In this document: positions 1 to 13,648 of the stretch, one piece after another
Layout of the letters: each line of letters starts with the position of its first letter
Position numbering within the stretch: position 1 is the stretch's first letter
Assembly (NCBI GenBank): GCA_049999805.1
Contig: JBNGIO010006294.1
Location: forward strand, 201,108 to 265,107
Reading direction: 5' to 3'
DNA length: 64,000 bases
Source of the DNA: Folioceros fuciformis
Lineage: Eukaryota
Made by a program: the position numbers and the translations under genes
The notes under the pieces: generated by a model
Database searches by the model: none
What the model was told of the DNA's origin: nothing
Seen by the model: the letters and a program-made list of their open reading frames with translations, nothing else

Positions 1-979
1 TAGTGCATTGGCAGTGCAAAACTTCTCCTCATTCCAGGGCTGCAATACAAGACCAGTGCCACTTCTTTCAGAAATGTGATTTTTCAATAATTCCTTTCCT
101 ATTCTGTTTGGAGAACACCAACCAGGTTGTGTCTGTTGTGATACGTGATCGCCAGGAATTTGACTTGCCGAGGTGTGCGAAGAGGCTGGAATTCTGTCGT
201 CTACTTTTATGGCTGCAACATGTAGACGACCGGTCGGTGTTGTGAAGATGTGGAACAGTTTCAGATTTGGAAGCACATGTTTGTGTGCAGGTGAAGCACG
301 CCCTAGTGATGGAAACTCCAGGGACTAGCAGCAAATGTTTACCATCCACAGTTCCTAGTCGCTGAAACATGCCGTTCTGGTACTGGCCTAAAGTTCACAC
401 CCGGCTCCTGCTCGTCATTCGAATGCCGGGCCTGGTCAGTGCTACCACCGCCTCGGCGAGCTCCAGCAGCGCTTGGGCTCCATCGAAACCTGTTCCTCGT
501 AGAAATCCTCTCAGTCTCCTTTAACACGAAAATGAGAATCGGGAAGTGTGCCTGACGAAGCGGGAAGTGTGCCTTTGAGCTCCTCGACAGTATCTCAAAC
601 GGTATCTTCCACTCCACGCGATGTGCTACATTTGCCGGCAAATGCAGCAAAACGAGCCCCTATGAGCGGCAGAGACATGGTATCATTGTTGCAGCGCATT
701 CACAGTCACCTGAGCTCGAGACTTGACCTTAACATGCACGATCGACTACAAGCATCCTGACACATGATTTGGATATGGTGCAGCACCGGTTTCTTAAACA
801 ACAACTCACTTACGATGCTCCGCCCAATTGCACCGATTTGCGTATTCCCAAGGGCCATGAAACGTTGATATCTTTCCAAACCGCCCGCCACAGCACGCTG
901 ATCGAGGCGTCCCACTAGCTTCTGAAGAGGTGGCCTCATAAATGAGCCTGCTTATGTATCAGCTCGCAAGCAGAGTGAA

Positions 980-3076
980 ATGAGCCTGCAGCTCCAACAG
1001 AATTATATCATGATGATGAACTGCTCATCGAGCTGGACACGGGCGGCGTCTTCCATCGTCGTGCTGCTGATCTTCCTGGTTGCCCTGAGCCAAGTCTCTT
1101 GTAGCGGCTACCCTGGACAGGTGAGATCATTTTTTCGCCTTCAAGATTTGGCCACACAGAGTCTTGTGGGGCTTCACGTCTCACATAATCTGCTGGCTGT
1201 TGGGAGTGGCAGAGGAAGAATGAGCGAGGCGGACGACAACACCAGCAGCATGTCCATCCCTTCAATCCCTCCAGCCAGGTGAGATGATGCAATCCCCTCC
1301 CCACGTTGTTCTGTGAGTTCCCCTGATCACACCTACCACTGCGACAATGCTGGGGCCTTGCAGTGGCCGAACCACGGAGGCGGTCTGAAAAACCAGCGGC
1401 ATGCATCTGCCTGCGCCGACTCCAAAATCAACGCCGCAGCCGCCAAGAATCTGAAGCGGAAATGGGCATTCGTAGCCGGCGGGTCCATCACAGCCACACC
1501 CGCCATCTACGACGGCACCCTGTACTTCCCCAGCTGGAACGGGATGCTGTACGCGGTTTGCGAGAAGGATGGCTCCCTTCTGTGGTCCAAGAATGTGACG
1601 CTTCTGAGCGGAGTGCTCGACCCGCTCATCCCGCAGCTCTTCTTGGGCCTGAGCGGAACCGTGGCCAGGGCCACTCCAGTGGTAAGCGGGGATGTACTCC
1701 TGGTGGGCACATATGGCCCGGCCTTCATCCTGGGCATTGATCGGCACACCGGGAGCCTCCTCTGGTCAACACAGCTCGACTCCGCCGTCGCAGCAGTCGT
1801 CACCCAGTCAGGAGTGGCATACAAAGGGTGCGATCGAGTCCTTGCCCTTTTGAGCCTCGGGGTTCAATCCGAATCCCAGGTCTAGTGCCCAATAACAGGC
1901 AGACTGATCCACGTCGTACGTGGTGAGTGGTGATGAAATGCAGATTCTACTACGTGGGAGTGTCGTCCCAACAGGAAAGCATTGCCCCCGAGCTCTGCTG
2001 CACCTTCATCGGGAAGTTCCTGAAGCTGGACATCGCGACGGGGGCGGTGGTGTGGAGGACCCTCATGCTGCCCGACAACGGGGGGAAGAGGGCGCTGTAC
2101 AGCGGGGCGTCCATCTGGGGCAGCAGCCCAGCCATCGACGAAGCGCGGGGCCTGGTGTACATAGCCACGGGGAACGTGTACTCCGTGCCCCCCGACATCG
2201 AGGCCTGCGCAAGGCAGCAGGCGCAGTCCCCCCGTGTCCCGGACCCCTGCCTGCACCCGGAGAACCACGGCAACTCGGTGCTGGCGCTGCGGCTGGACAG
2301 CGGCAGCATCCACTGGGCCAGATCGTTGGGTCCCTACGACGCCTGGACCATCTCCTGCTTCCTCCACCCCCCGAACTGCCCCGCCGGCCCGGCGCTGGAC
2401 TACGACTTCGGGGAGGCGCCCATGCTTGTCACAGCCACCAACAGCACCGATATCCGGAGCGCGCATGCCCACCGCACCTTCCGTGACATTGTGGTGGCGG
2501 CGCAGAAGAGCGGGACGGTGTGGGGCTTGGATCCTGAATCCGGGGACATTGTGTGGAGCACGGTGGCGGGGCCGGGGGGGTCGCTGGGGGGCGCNNNNNN
2601 NNNNNNNNNNNNNNNNNNNNNNNNNNNNNNNNNNNNNNNNNNNNNNNNNNNNNNNNNNNNNNNNNNNNNNNNNNNNNNNNNNNNNNNNNNNNNNCGTGAA
2701 CAACGACGGCAAGAATTTCACGCTCCTGCCGTCCAGCGATGTGACGACAGGGGGAGGCTGGGTTGCCATGGACGCGCTCACCGGGAAGGTGATCTGGTCC
2801 ACGCCTACCCCGAACGGGAGCCTGGCCTTCGGTCCTGTCACTGTTGTGAACGGCGTTCTGCTGGTCACGTCCACCAGCCCGAATGTATACGCCTTGGACG
2901 CTGCGACGGGGGATGTTCTCTGGCATTCCGCCGTCCATGGCACCACCGTGTCCGGCGGCTTCTCCGTATCCGGCAACTGCGCCTACGTGGGAGAAGGCCG
3001 GTTTGCCGCCTTCGATGGCACGCGCTTCTTTGCTGACATCCATTCCGGCACCGCCCTTTCCGCCTTCTGCGTCTAG
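980..3076 (+). CDS. Secreted PQQ-binding beta-propeller protein, polyvinyl-alcohol dehydrogenase-like; 3 exons (to 1120, 1364-1827, 1944-3076 with an N gap)
   Basis: Signal-like IVVLLIFLVALSQVSC. GT-AG introns 1121-1363 and 1828-1943 join GYPGQ|WPNHGG and YKG|FYYVGVSS in frame. Repeated Trp-docking blades (DGSLLWS, TGAVVWR, TGKVIWS), plus SGASIWGSSPAID, IATGNVY, DYDFGEAP and vicinal CC. Start ATG uncertain (980 or ~1010). Confidence 0.85.
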
Positions 3077-6000
3077 AAAGTTAACATCTCGTTGCAGCAG
3101 CAAGGCTGCCTCGAATCCCTTCTCGATCGGCCGCTTTGCATTCCGCACTTGCTTTTGAAATCACAGTCACGTATACGGTTAATTGGTCCATCGTCCCGGA
3201 ACCACCACTGGTCTCTCCATGGTGATGGCTTCCAATGCAGGTTGAGGGGCTAGCCGGGGATTGGAAAGGTCCGGGACACTGTCAGCCATGAACACGAAAC
3301 CGCCCCACTCTGTGCTGCAGCCTCAGTCGCACACAGCCTTAAAGTTTGTTCTTAACTACTGGCCATGGGAAGCAGCACATGGCGCCTTCGACTTGCATCT
3401 GGGGCCAGATAACGCATCAAGTCTACAAGAGCGATGAGAAAAACCATGCTCCTAATACCTGTTGTACCTTCACCCAGGATCATCGACTGGTGTACAGAGA
3501 AGCGCACGGTCAGTTCCACTGGGTAATCACAGCATCGGGGTTGCTAGTATGCACAACGAGAATCGGTACGTGTTCGTGTCTGTGGTGGACAGGTATGTTC
3601 CCTTTGTCAACCGGACTGCATTGCCAAGATCAAACCGAGCACAAGGTCAATCAGGCTGGGACTGCAAGCATGTTGTACAAGCTGAAGACCGGGCTGTCCT
3701 GGACACTGCCGATTGGGTGCAGACAGACTAGCTCCTATGGCTAGGGCCAGCTTGGATGGTCTTTAGAGGCCTTAAGTGTGACATGTTTGATGTGCTTAGT
3801 GAAGGAATCCATGGGAAGAACATCGTTCTCGTACGCCCCGACTCCAAAGCACTGTAGAACATGCAGAATGGGGGCCGGGGACACGAGCGAAGTAACCATG
3901 GCGACGGACAGTGTTCTACGAGGTAGCGCCGGCCCACAAGAAAGGACACAAGTCTAATAGCGGTAACGGAAATGGTAATGCACATCTTGGTGTTCACCGG
4001 GCTTGCCCTTCGTACGCTTTTTGTGTACAAGCTCGCCCTGCAGCGTGCGGTCGGAATCGTCTTCTGGGGCCCCACGGTTTGTTTGGACCACGCTAATGGT
4101 GACCTGGCCACTGGCATTGGGAGGCCTTCACCCCACCTCGTGCACCTTCTGTTCAAAAGGAGGACCACGTTGCTCGAATGAAGGATAGGTATACACATTA
4201 GAATTCTTCCCTGATCAGGCTGCGCTGATCACATGCCTATCTTGAGGGATCAGACAGGTCCACCATCGCCACGGCAACCGTGCATATCTTGCCAACAGCC
4301 TTGACAGCCGGGGTCACGGTTCTCTCATGTCCCACGGGAAGGCGGAATGCCGGACATGTTGTAGAAATCTACGTCACCATGCATGAAACGATAACGCTCT
4401 TGTCTCATCCAGTCTCACCACTCCAATGCGCTGCATCGGCAACTGCCACTTCTCCGTTTTAGATAGCGCAGGCTTATCCCGATCCCAGCCTCTATCTGAG
4501 AGTCCACTTCCCTATCTTCAGTTCGCACATCGCACTCTTCTTCCAGGTTTCCATGGACAGCAAGAACTACAAGAAAACCCTAGCCAGCTAACCCCAGCTG
4601 GAGCCTCTCACGACCCAGGCGCTGTGCCTGTCAACATACGAAGCCGCAGTTTCCAGGACCACGTGCCCGGCATGAGCAACAACGATGCCTGGCCCAGGCC
4701 CCGATCTGCATTATCCGTCAGAGGCTCCCAGCCGTTACACAGCAGTCTTCTCCATTCCACGGCAACAAGCCACGCCACACCGCAAACTGGAACTCCAGTT
4801 GTCCACGAACTCCGCACACGATGCATCAGCACAGCGCACAGCTCCCTCATAAAATCCTGATCCGACACCAAAATTCCCAATCCGATAACTTTCTGGCAGC
4901 AACCTTAGCAGCAGCCCCAAAGTTGGCGAGCTGGCAAGCCCTCGGCGGCGGCACAGCCTAGAAAGCTTGCCCGCGCCTGCTAATCCTATCCATTTCTCTA
5001 TTGCTACCCTATCCGCTTTTTCACGCCCTTCGGCAGCGCAGTGATAAACGCGAGCAACAGAACCTATCGATCTGTCCCGCCAATCACACGCCTCCATCGC
5101 GCTTGCGTGAGTTATCCCTTCCCCTCACGTTCTGGAAGTCCCCTTCGCCCGGGTAGCCCGCTCACGGGTACGTAACCGGGTATGCAGGCCGCTTTATCTT
5201 GTGCGAGGCCGAATTCGCGCGGGTGCTGTGAAAGCGTTTTTTTTGGTTCTAACGCTTCATCCGCTTTTGAGCAGGTGGTCGAGAATTGGGCAGGCAGGCC
5301 AGGGAAGGGCAGCGCAGAGTATTATTATTTAGCACCGACCAGTGGCGAGGCTCCCTTATCCGTGACCTGCACGTACACGGGTTCAGCGCGGTTAGGTGGA
5401 CGGATAGGGGTGGTGCGGCTTCCCTGCCGCTCTTGCGCTCCGCTTTCTTTCCCGCTCTGTCCCAGGCGCATTTGGGGACGGAGGCGCGGCGCGCGCAGGC
5501 GAGGCCAGGTAGGGGCCAAGGCACAGCACAGCACAGCGCCTGTTGCCGCGTCGCCTGTCTGTGTCCTGACGCCATTCCGGCCCTGTAGCGCAGACGGACC
5601 TGGCTGCTGCCCGCCCCTGTTGCTGGATGCGCGGCGAATCTTCTTCCGTTGCCCGCCTCACACGCAGGGCAGGCCTGCGCGCTGCCGCACAGCAGCAGTA
5701 GGAGCAGCAGCAGCAGCCGCGCGGGGACCTGCAGCAGGAGGGGCATTGCACCGCACCGACCTGGGATTGCGGTGCGGTCTGGCGGGGNNNNNNNNNNNNN
5801 NNNNNNNNNNNNNNNNNNNNNNNNNNNNNNNNNNNNNNNNNNNNNNNNNNNNNNNNNNNNNNNNNNNNNNNNNNNNNNNNNNNNNNNNNNNNNNNNNNNN
5901 NNNNNNNNNNNNNNNNNNNNNNNNNNNNNNNNNNNNNNNNNNNNNNNNNNNNNNNNNNNNNNNNNNNNNNNNNNNNNNNNNNNNNNNNNNNNNNNNNNNN

Positions 6001-6650
6001 NNNNNNNNNNNNNNNNNNNNNNNNNNNNNNNNNNNNNNNNNNNNNNNNNNNNNNNNNNNNNNNNNNNNNNNNNNNNNNNNNNNNNNNNNNNNNNNNNNNN
6101 NNNNNNNNNNNNNNNNNNNNNNNNNNNNNNNNNNNNNNNNNNNNNNNNNNNNNNNNNNNNNNNNNNNNNNNNNNNNNNNNNNNNNNNATTGTGGTGTAGG
6201 TGGTGAGCAGGGTTTCGGAGGGCAGGGGAATTCAGGGAATGAGGTGATTCGGGAAGGGGGAATTGTGTGCGGGGGCGTGTTTGTGGTTGTGTGCCGTGGA
6301 GGGGGAACCGATTCCCAGGGTCTGGTCTCTAGGAGACGAGGTTTTTCGCTTAGGGTGCTTGGACGTGGATTTCTGTCTTGTCCTTCCGAACCTGTGTTTC
6401 TTGAAGTATCCAGCCCTGCCGCTGTTAGGGCAAGAGGTCCGTGTCTGGAATGGCCTCCTTGATGATTCCATACTGGCATAGGGTTTAGTGGATGGCATTA
6501 CATCGGGCGGCAGGGTTTTTGTGGATGATATTGGTAAGGGTTTCTGTTTTGGTGAGCCTCAGTTGCGGTTACATACGTAAGGCAAGGGCAAGGTAGCGGA
6601 ATTCGAGAATACTCCATAAACAGTATAATACTCCTTCCAGGGAAGAAAAC

Positions 6651-8472
6651 ATGTTGGCCACACAGCAGGCGTTTTCAGCTATGGTGAAGCCGGAGTACGT
6701 GGAAGCCTTCTTTGCCGTGATGGTTAACCTCGTGCCGTTCTGGCTGGCTCTATCCCTGGGTTTGATTGTCGGGTGGATTTGGCAGCCGAGGTGGGTTAGC
6801 TTGTTCCTGTTGGGACTCAGGAACAGGCCTAGGTTGGTTTGGAGCACTCCTCCAGGATTTGGAGCTCGGCGGTTTTGGCTGGCTGTGACTGCGTTGTCTG
6901 CCTACCCCTTCCTTCGGGGTGCGTGGCAAAAGTTCAGCAGATGGATGTGGCCACGTGAGAAGGAGGTTGAGCAACCTAGGTACTTCTTCACCGTGAGTTT
7001 CATTGTGTGCATGATGTATTGCCTACTGTTGAATTTTGGTGAGTTTGTTGTAGATTTTGATATTGTGAGTTCAGTTCATTCGCTGTACGTTGTGAATTGA
7101 AGTAGCTGATTAGCTGATGACGCTTGCAGACCCACTGCAGTTGTCAGTGCTGAAGTTCCTATATCGAGTGAGGACCTGCAGAACTTCATCACGTTGCTGG
7201 AGGGCAATGATGGTGGAGCCCCATGGCAACTGATGATGGATCGGTCAACTAGTGGAATGGCATATCAAGCATGGCGGCGCGAGCCTCTGGTACTCATGCA
7301 AATCTCTTTATATCCACACAGCTGGGAGTCTTTGAGGCAGTTAAGACGAGTCACTTGTGTCTGTGTCTGAACTGCTCGTCCTCCTCCCTCTGCAGAGTGA
7401 TGGGCCAACGGAATATCGGAGTAGGACGGTTCTTGAAGATGTAACCCCTGCGACGATGAGGGACTTCTTCTGGGATGATGAGTTTCGTTGTGAGTGGGAT
7501 GACATGCTTATCTACTCTAAGACATGGGAGAAGTGTGAAGACACGGGCTCAATGATAGTTCAGTGGGTTCGGAAGGTATGGCATGGATTGGTGTCTGTTT
7601 GATTGAATGGATATCACCGGCAAGTGTCCGACTACCGATGTTCAAGATGTTGAACCTGTTGTGCACATTGCTCCTCAGTATCCGTTCTTCTGCAAAGATC
7701 GGGAGTACATTGTTGCTCGTCGCATTTGGGAGTCCGAAAATGTTTATTATTGCATTATGAAGGTATGGCTTTGAGATGAGCTCCTGGGTCGCAAACGGGT
7801 CTCTTCATTGCTTTCTAACGAGCCATCTGAATTGCCCTAACCCGATACCTGCGTTTGTTCGTCAGGCTGCCCCATACGAAGCTATTCCCAGGCGTCACAG
7901 CCCTAGGCGTGTGGACAACATGTACTCGAGCTTTCGCATTAGAGCAGGTAACATAGGGCTTAGGACTGCACAGTTGACATCGTGTAGCCATGCGCTTGTG
8001 CTCAAAGCCGTTCGATCCGGGTGCAGTGGAGTCAAGGAGAGGAGATGGACAGCTTACAGCCTGTGAAGTCATGCTTTTTCACCATGAGGAAATGGGAATT
8101 CAGAGGGATCTGGCCAAGCTCGGCGTGCGACAGGGCATGTGGGGATGTGTTAAGAAAATGGAGCCTGGTATTCGCAAGTATCAAGCCTGTCGCAAGCTCG
8201 GAGAGCCCCTATCGGGCAGTGCCATGATGGCCCAGATCAACACGACGCTTTGCCCGACAGAGTTAAGGGAGCTAGGTCTCACGGTCGCGGACCCCCAGGA
8301 GTCTGAGGTGGACAGTGCCGAGAAGGAGCGATCCTGTCAAGGGAACGCCTTAAAGTGGGCTATTCTTGGTGGCGCCGTCATTCTCGCGTGCACCGTCGAT
8401 AGGGGAGCTGTTGGGAAATTGTTGGTTTTTGGTCTAGCGAAAAGGCTTGGCAGGATTGGTCGGAGGTTGTAA
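6651..8472 (+). CDS. START / lipid-transport (polyketide cyclase superfamily) protein with N- and C-terminal membrane segments, multi-exon
   Basis: Exonic motifs WQLMMDRS..YQAWRREP, GPTEYRSRTVLEDVTPATMRDFFWDDEFR, YPFFCKDREYIVARRIW, PRRVD and HHEEMGIQRDLAKLGVRQGMWGCVKK, separated by GT-AG introns. Confidence 0.9.
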
Positions 8473-8880
8473 AGTACCTGGCAGGTTGCCACGGCAGCCA
8501 TGTTGGTACGTGTATTTTTAGGCTCAGCTTCAATGGCTCTATTTTGGGTAACCGGGGGCGAATTCAGGGGATCCGTCTAACCTCGTGGCCCACTGGCGGG
8601 TCCCAAATGAATGTGCACCAGAAGTTTGTTCCTCGACTCCAGGCAACTACCGACTCTGGACGTCGATTGCTGTAGGCATCGGACAGATTGCTGCAGGGTG
8701 ATTTGTCGAACCGCTGATAAATTGATCACGAACTCAGATACTATGAGGAAATTAGTTGAGACGAACAATCCTTTGATGTATAGAATAAATCATGGTTTGC
8801 GTTGTATGGTTTGCGCGAACCGTATTTGAGATTATGGTGAGCATTCTCAGGCTTGCTCTAGTCAGGCTAGGAGGAGGAGA

Positions 8881-10424
8881 TTATGTCCGCATGTTAAGTC
8901 GTGGAAGGCCGCCCTGACGTATGTGTCCTAGGCATTTGCTTTCCTGATTCCAACTGTGGCGCTGAGAAAAGGTGCGCTTGCTTTTGCATCCTGCCAGAGT
9001 GCACTGGGATTGCGACTGCGACTTGGCCTTGTGCTTAAGGTTGGGACGCTTGACATAGTAGTGCAGCTCTCCGCTCTCGACGCCATAAACGTCTACCTGC
9101 ACAACCAGCAGAGGAAGAGGCAGAGGGAGGCTTCACGAAGGCAAGGCGTGTGCCAGTGCACAAAAGGGAGACTTGGTGTTTGCCTCTCTACCTTGCCACA
9201 GAGATGAGCTGCCAGAGCAATCCCGAAAAATCCCGCCGACATCTTCCTCAGAGACTTGTCCCAAGGCACCGCAGGTTGGTCGTAGGCATCATGCTCTACA
9301 ACAATTGAACTCAACTGCCAGTAAGCCATGGCATACAAGAGCATTTCGCTGGTACCATTGATAGGTCGACAATGGAACGCATTCCTACAACTTGGGGCTC
9401 AAACGTGTTCAGTTGATCCACAGCAGGAGGAGGAGGAGGAGGTGCTGTAGCAGGAGTTTTGCATGCATGCGTATTATCCTTACTTGGCTGACATCTCGAT
9501 GTGCCCGTTCTTCCTTTCTTTTGAGGTGTAGCGGAAGCAGAACTCGGACGGATGTTCCCTGAATCCGCAGTAGATTACGTTCTGGATGCGGAGAGTAGTT
9601 CTGGATCCCACCCATTTCTCAAACCCTTGCGTCGGTGCATCATTGAATCGGATCACCACCGTGTGCTCATCTATTTCAGTGCCCAACGAACGCCCGGAAT
9701 CTCTGAGCACAGACGAACTGCTGCCCACTACAGCACACGTACTGAAATCCGTGATGTCCTGGATATTGCTCCAAAAAATTCGTGCATTTCCTGCTGAAGA
9801 GCTCTTCGTCTGCAGAGTTCTTTCCGGCAAGGAGATGTTCCGTTGCTGTGCAAACAGGGGCAACCTGCGGCTGGTGATGGGCGTGATGCATCCGGCAGCC
9901 ATGCCTGGAGTTGGACTCTCGCACAAACTGTCTCCGGAAAACAAAACCGGGCAAACGCAAGCTTCCTGCACGCACAGCTTCTCGCCCGGGCAGTCCGCCG
10001 CCCCTCGACACCCATGCTCCAGGCCTCCTTCTAGAACCGAGCTCGGAGGCAGAAGAGGCGCCAGAGCATGCTCGCCAGATGACTCCTCTCCTTCACTCCG
10101 CACCTCCCCCCGAACTGGTGCTCTGGACCTCCTTTGCAGATCGATGGCTTTCTGCATCACGCTCAAGTCTAAGCCACCAACACCCCCGATCCCGATTCCG
10201 CAGTCATTGCTCAGGCACCACACTGCTTCCTTCGCCTTGAACACTAGCATGCAAGCCACCGCAAAAATACTAGCAAGGAACACCTTCTTGGTGAAGCTGC
10301 TCCTCCACAACCCATTGCTCTTGCCTGCTGCGTCCTGCCATTTCTTTGCACCTGCACCACCGCTGCAGCATTCTTGCCTGCCTCCAGGAGCAGGAGACAC
10401 GCTGCTCTGCACCTTATCCCTCAT
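8881..10424 (-). CDS. Glycosyltransferase family 29 (sialyltransferase-like) type II membrane protein, 3 exons
   Basis: TM anchor VFLASIFAVACMLVF. Sialylmotif L (CAVVGSS...GTEIDEHTVVIRFNDAPTQGFEKWVGSRTTLR), motif S (SAGFFGIALAAHLCGK|VDVYG), motif III (HYY) and motif VS (HSWNQE), linked by introns at ~9385-9484 and ~9097-9191. Confidence 0.88.
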
Positions 10425-10847
10425 CTTGGCACTCACCCAGTGCACTCACAGCCATCGATTAGGACATGAGCGCTCTCCTTCCACGTCAACCCAGTGCAAC
10501 TTTGCACCACAATCCCTCCATCTCCGCAGATCTTGCTCCGACCGGAGCATCTACCTGCTGCTCCTCAAGAGCCTGTGGGCCATGGTCACCTGCAACATAC
10601 CTCTCGTGCTTCCCCGCCCCCAAGTTGATGTACCAACCATGGTCCATCTCTCATCATCTTTTAGCTCGTTACCTGCCCTCACATCACGTTACAAGAAGAT
10701 GGATAGATCGAGGTGCATTGCATTTGGAGCCTGATCCAGTGTGTTAATCAAACAGTGGGGCCCAAACCATCGAGCTCTCGAGTGGACAGTCCACACTTGG
10801 GGCTTGTTTACTCCACAGCTAGCCTAACAGGAGGTAGCAGCGTAGCA

Positions 10848-12447
<1,600 letters not shown>

Positions 12448-12569
12448 TAATGTGCAGCTAGCTTCTGGCGCCATCCATTCCACTCAATTGCTCCTCACTC
12501 AGTGAATGAACGTGATACACCTCTTTAGGAGACCTGAATCGACGCGCACCTGTTTTCGACCCCCTGAAT

Positions 12570-12800
12570 CAGCCTCGTGTCACCTAGCGTGGCTCCATGT
12601 TATACGTCCTGTGACACGCAAACCAAAAATCGTACCTGTCACTTGTTCAGCATAGCACCACCCAGTAGAAATCCCTGGGACCCCCACTTCTTGTGTTGTG
12701 AAGCAAGGCTAGGTGTTGCACTCGAAGACCAAGACGCGTCCCGACACGAAACCTGGTTTAGGCCATCGCTGCTTGAGGTAGTCGATTGTGGTGACGTGAG
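12570..12800 (+). promoter_or_regulatory. Cluster of ABRE/CE3-like cores upstream of the Em-like gene
   Basis: CGTGTC (12576), GCGTGGC (12587), GACACGC (12613), ACGCGT (~12734), GACACG (12743) and GACGTG (~12793), all within ~330 bp of the ATG of a member of an ABA-inducible family. Confidence 0.35.
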
Positions 12801-12900
12801 CGAAAGGGCCCCTCCATGGCGGCCCACAGTCCATGAGCTGAATAGGCTTTCGTTTCCTGTAGCTGAATTGTCCACAATTCCAGTGAGTTCACACGACACC

Positions 12901-13113
12901 ATGTCGCAAGCACCTAAGGAGACGAAGGAGGGGTCGGAAGCAGGGCAGCCTGTGCATCCGGAGGCCTCTCGGGAGGGGCTGCAGCAGCGTGCCAGTCAGG
13001 GCGAGACTGTCACCAACGGGGGCACCGGAGGGAAGACTCTCGAGGCTCAGGAGAACCTTGCCAAGGGTAGAAGCAAAGGCGGTCAGTCTGAGGGCACGCC
13101 AACAGGGAAGTGA
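12901..13113 (+). CDS. Em-like / group 1 LEA small hydrophilic protein, C-terminally short (70 aa)
   Basis: [34 protein letters not shown] matches the Em N-terminal signature ([29 protein letters not shown]). Confidence 0.85.
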   Translation: MSQAPKETKEGSEAGQPVHPEASREGLQQRASQGETVTNGGTGGKTLEAQENLAKGRSKGGQSEGTPTGK

Positions 13114-13648
13114 CAGCCCGCACAACGTTGTGACAGCCCACACAACGTTGTTGGTCATGTACAGCATGCACGCGGTTGTATGAAGAGTTGGCTTTAACGA
13201 TACAAATCCCTGCTGTTCGAAAATTTTGAAGTTTCCTCTTGACAATCTTACTCATGACGCACTAGCGATCAGGCCGGACCTACTGTTGAAACAGGTGCTG
13301 AAAGATCCCAGACTGAGATACCTTGAAACTGAGATCCGAGTTCAACAGCATCTCAATCTGGGAACTTGGATCGCCTAGTTCACTTTGAGAATCTGCTCGC
13401 TGCGGACTTCCGTAGCATGCTTAAGGAGCCCCTCGTTCGGAAGATGCCAAGACGTTGTTCTCGTTGTTGAGTCTTCATAGTTCCCTGCTGTATCTTCCTT
13501 TAAACGTAAGGCAAGGTCGGATCAGACACATCGAAAGGAAAACTCAAATTGCTAAAAGGACAAATAAATCACCAACAAGTGTACAGCACAGTAACCATGT
13601 AAAGCTTTTTCAAGTGTTTCACCCGTTACAGAAACATTGCAAATGCAG

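Noticed and set aside
1-939. Minus-strand ORF fragments with splice-like sites
   Set aside because: No recognisable domain. It may be a gene continuing off-window, but I cannot support it.
1882-2976. Long minus-strand and alternative-frame ORFs over the PQQ gene
   Set aside because: GC-rich shadow frames, inflated by the N gap.
3300-5100. Possible retroelement gag/zinc-knuckle relic (HCRTC...H...C across frames near 3850-3950)
   Set aside because: It requires frameshifts, and no LTR or pol motifs are visible.
5182-6479. ORFs of 185-426 aa
   Set aside because: Artefacts spanning a ~400-nt N gap. The region is probably promoter/5'UTR of the START gene.
9586-10734. 382-aa plus-strand ORF
   Set aside because: Antisense shadow of the GT29 exon, with no motifs of its own.
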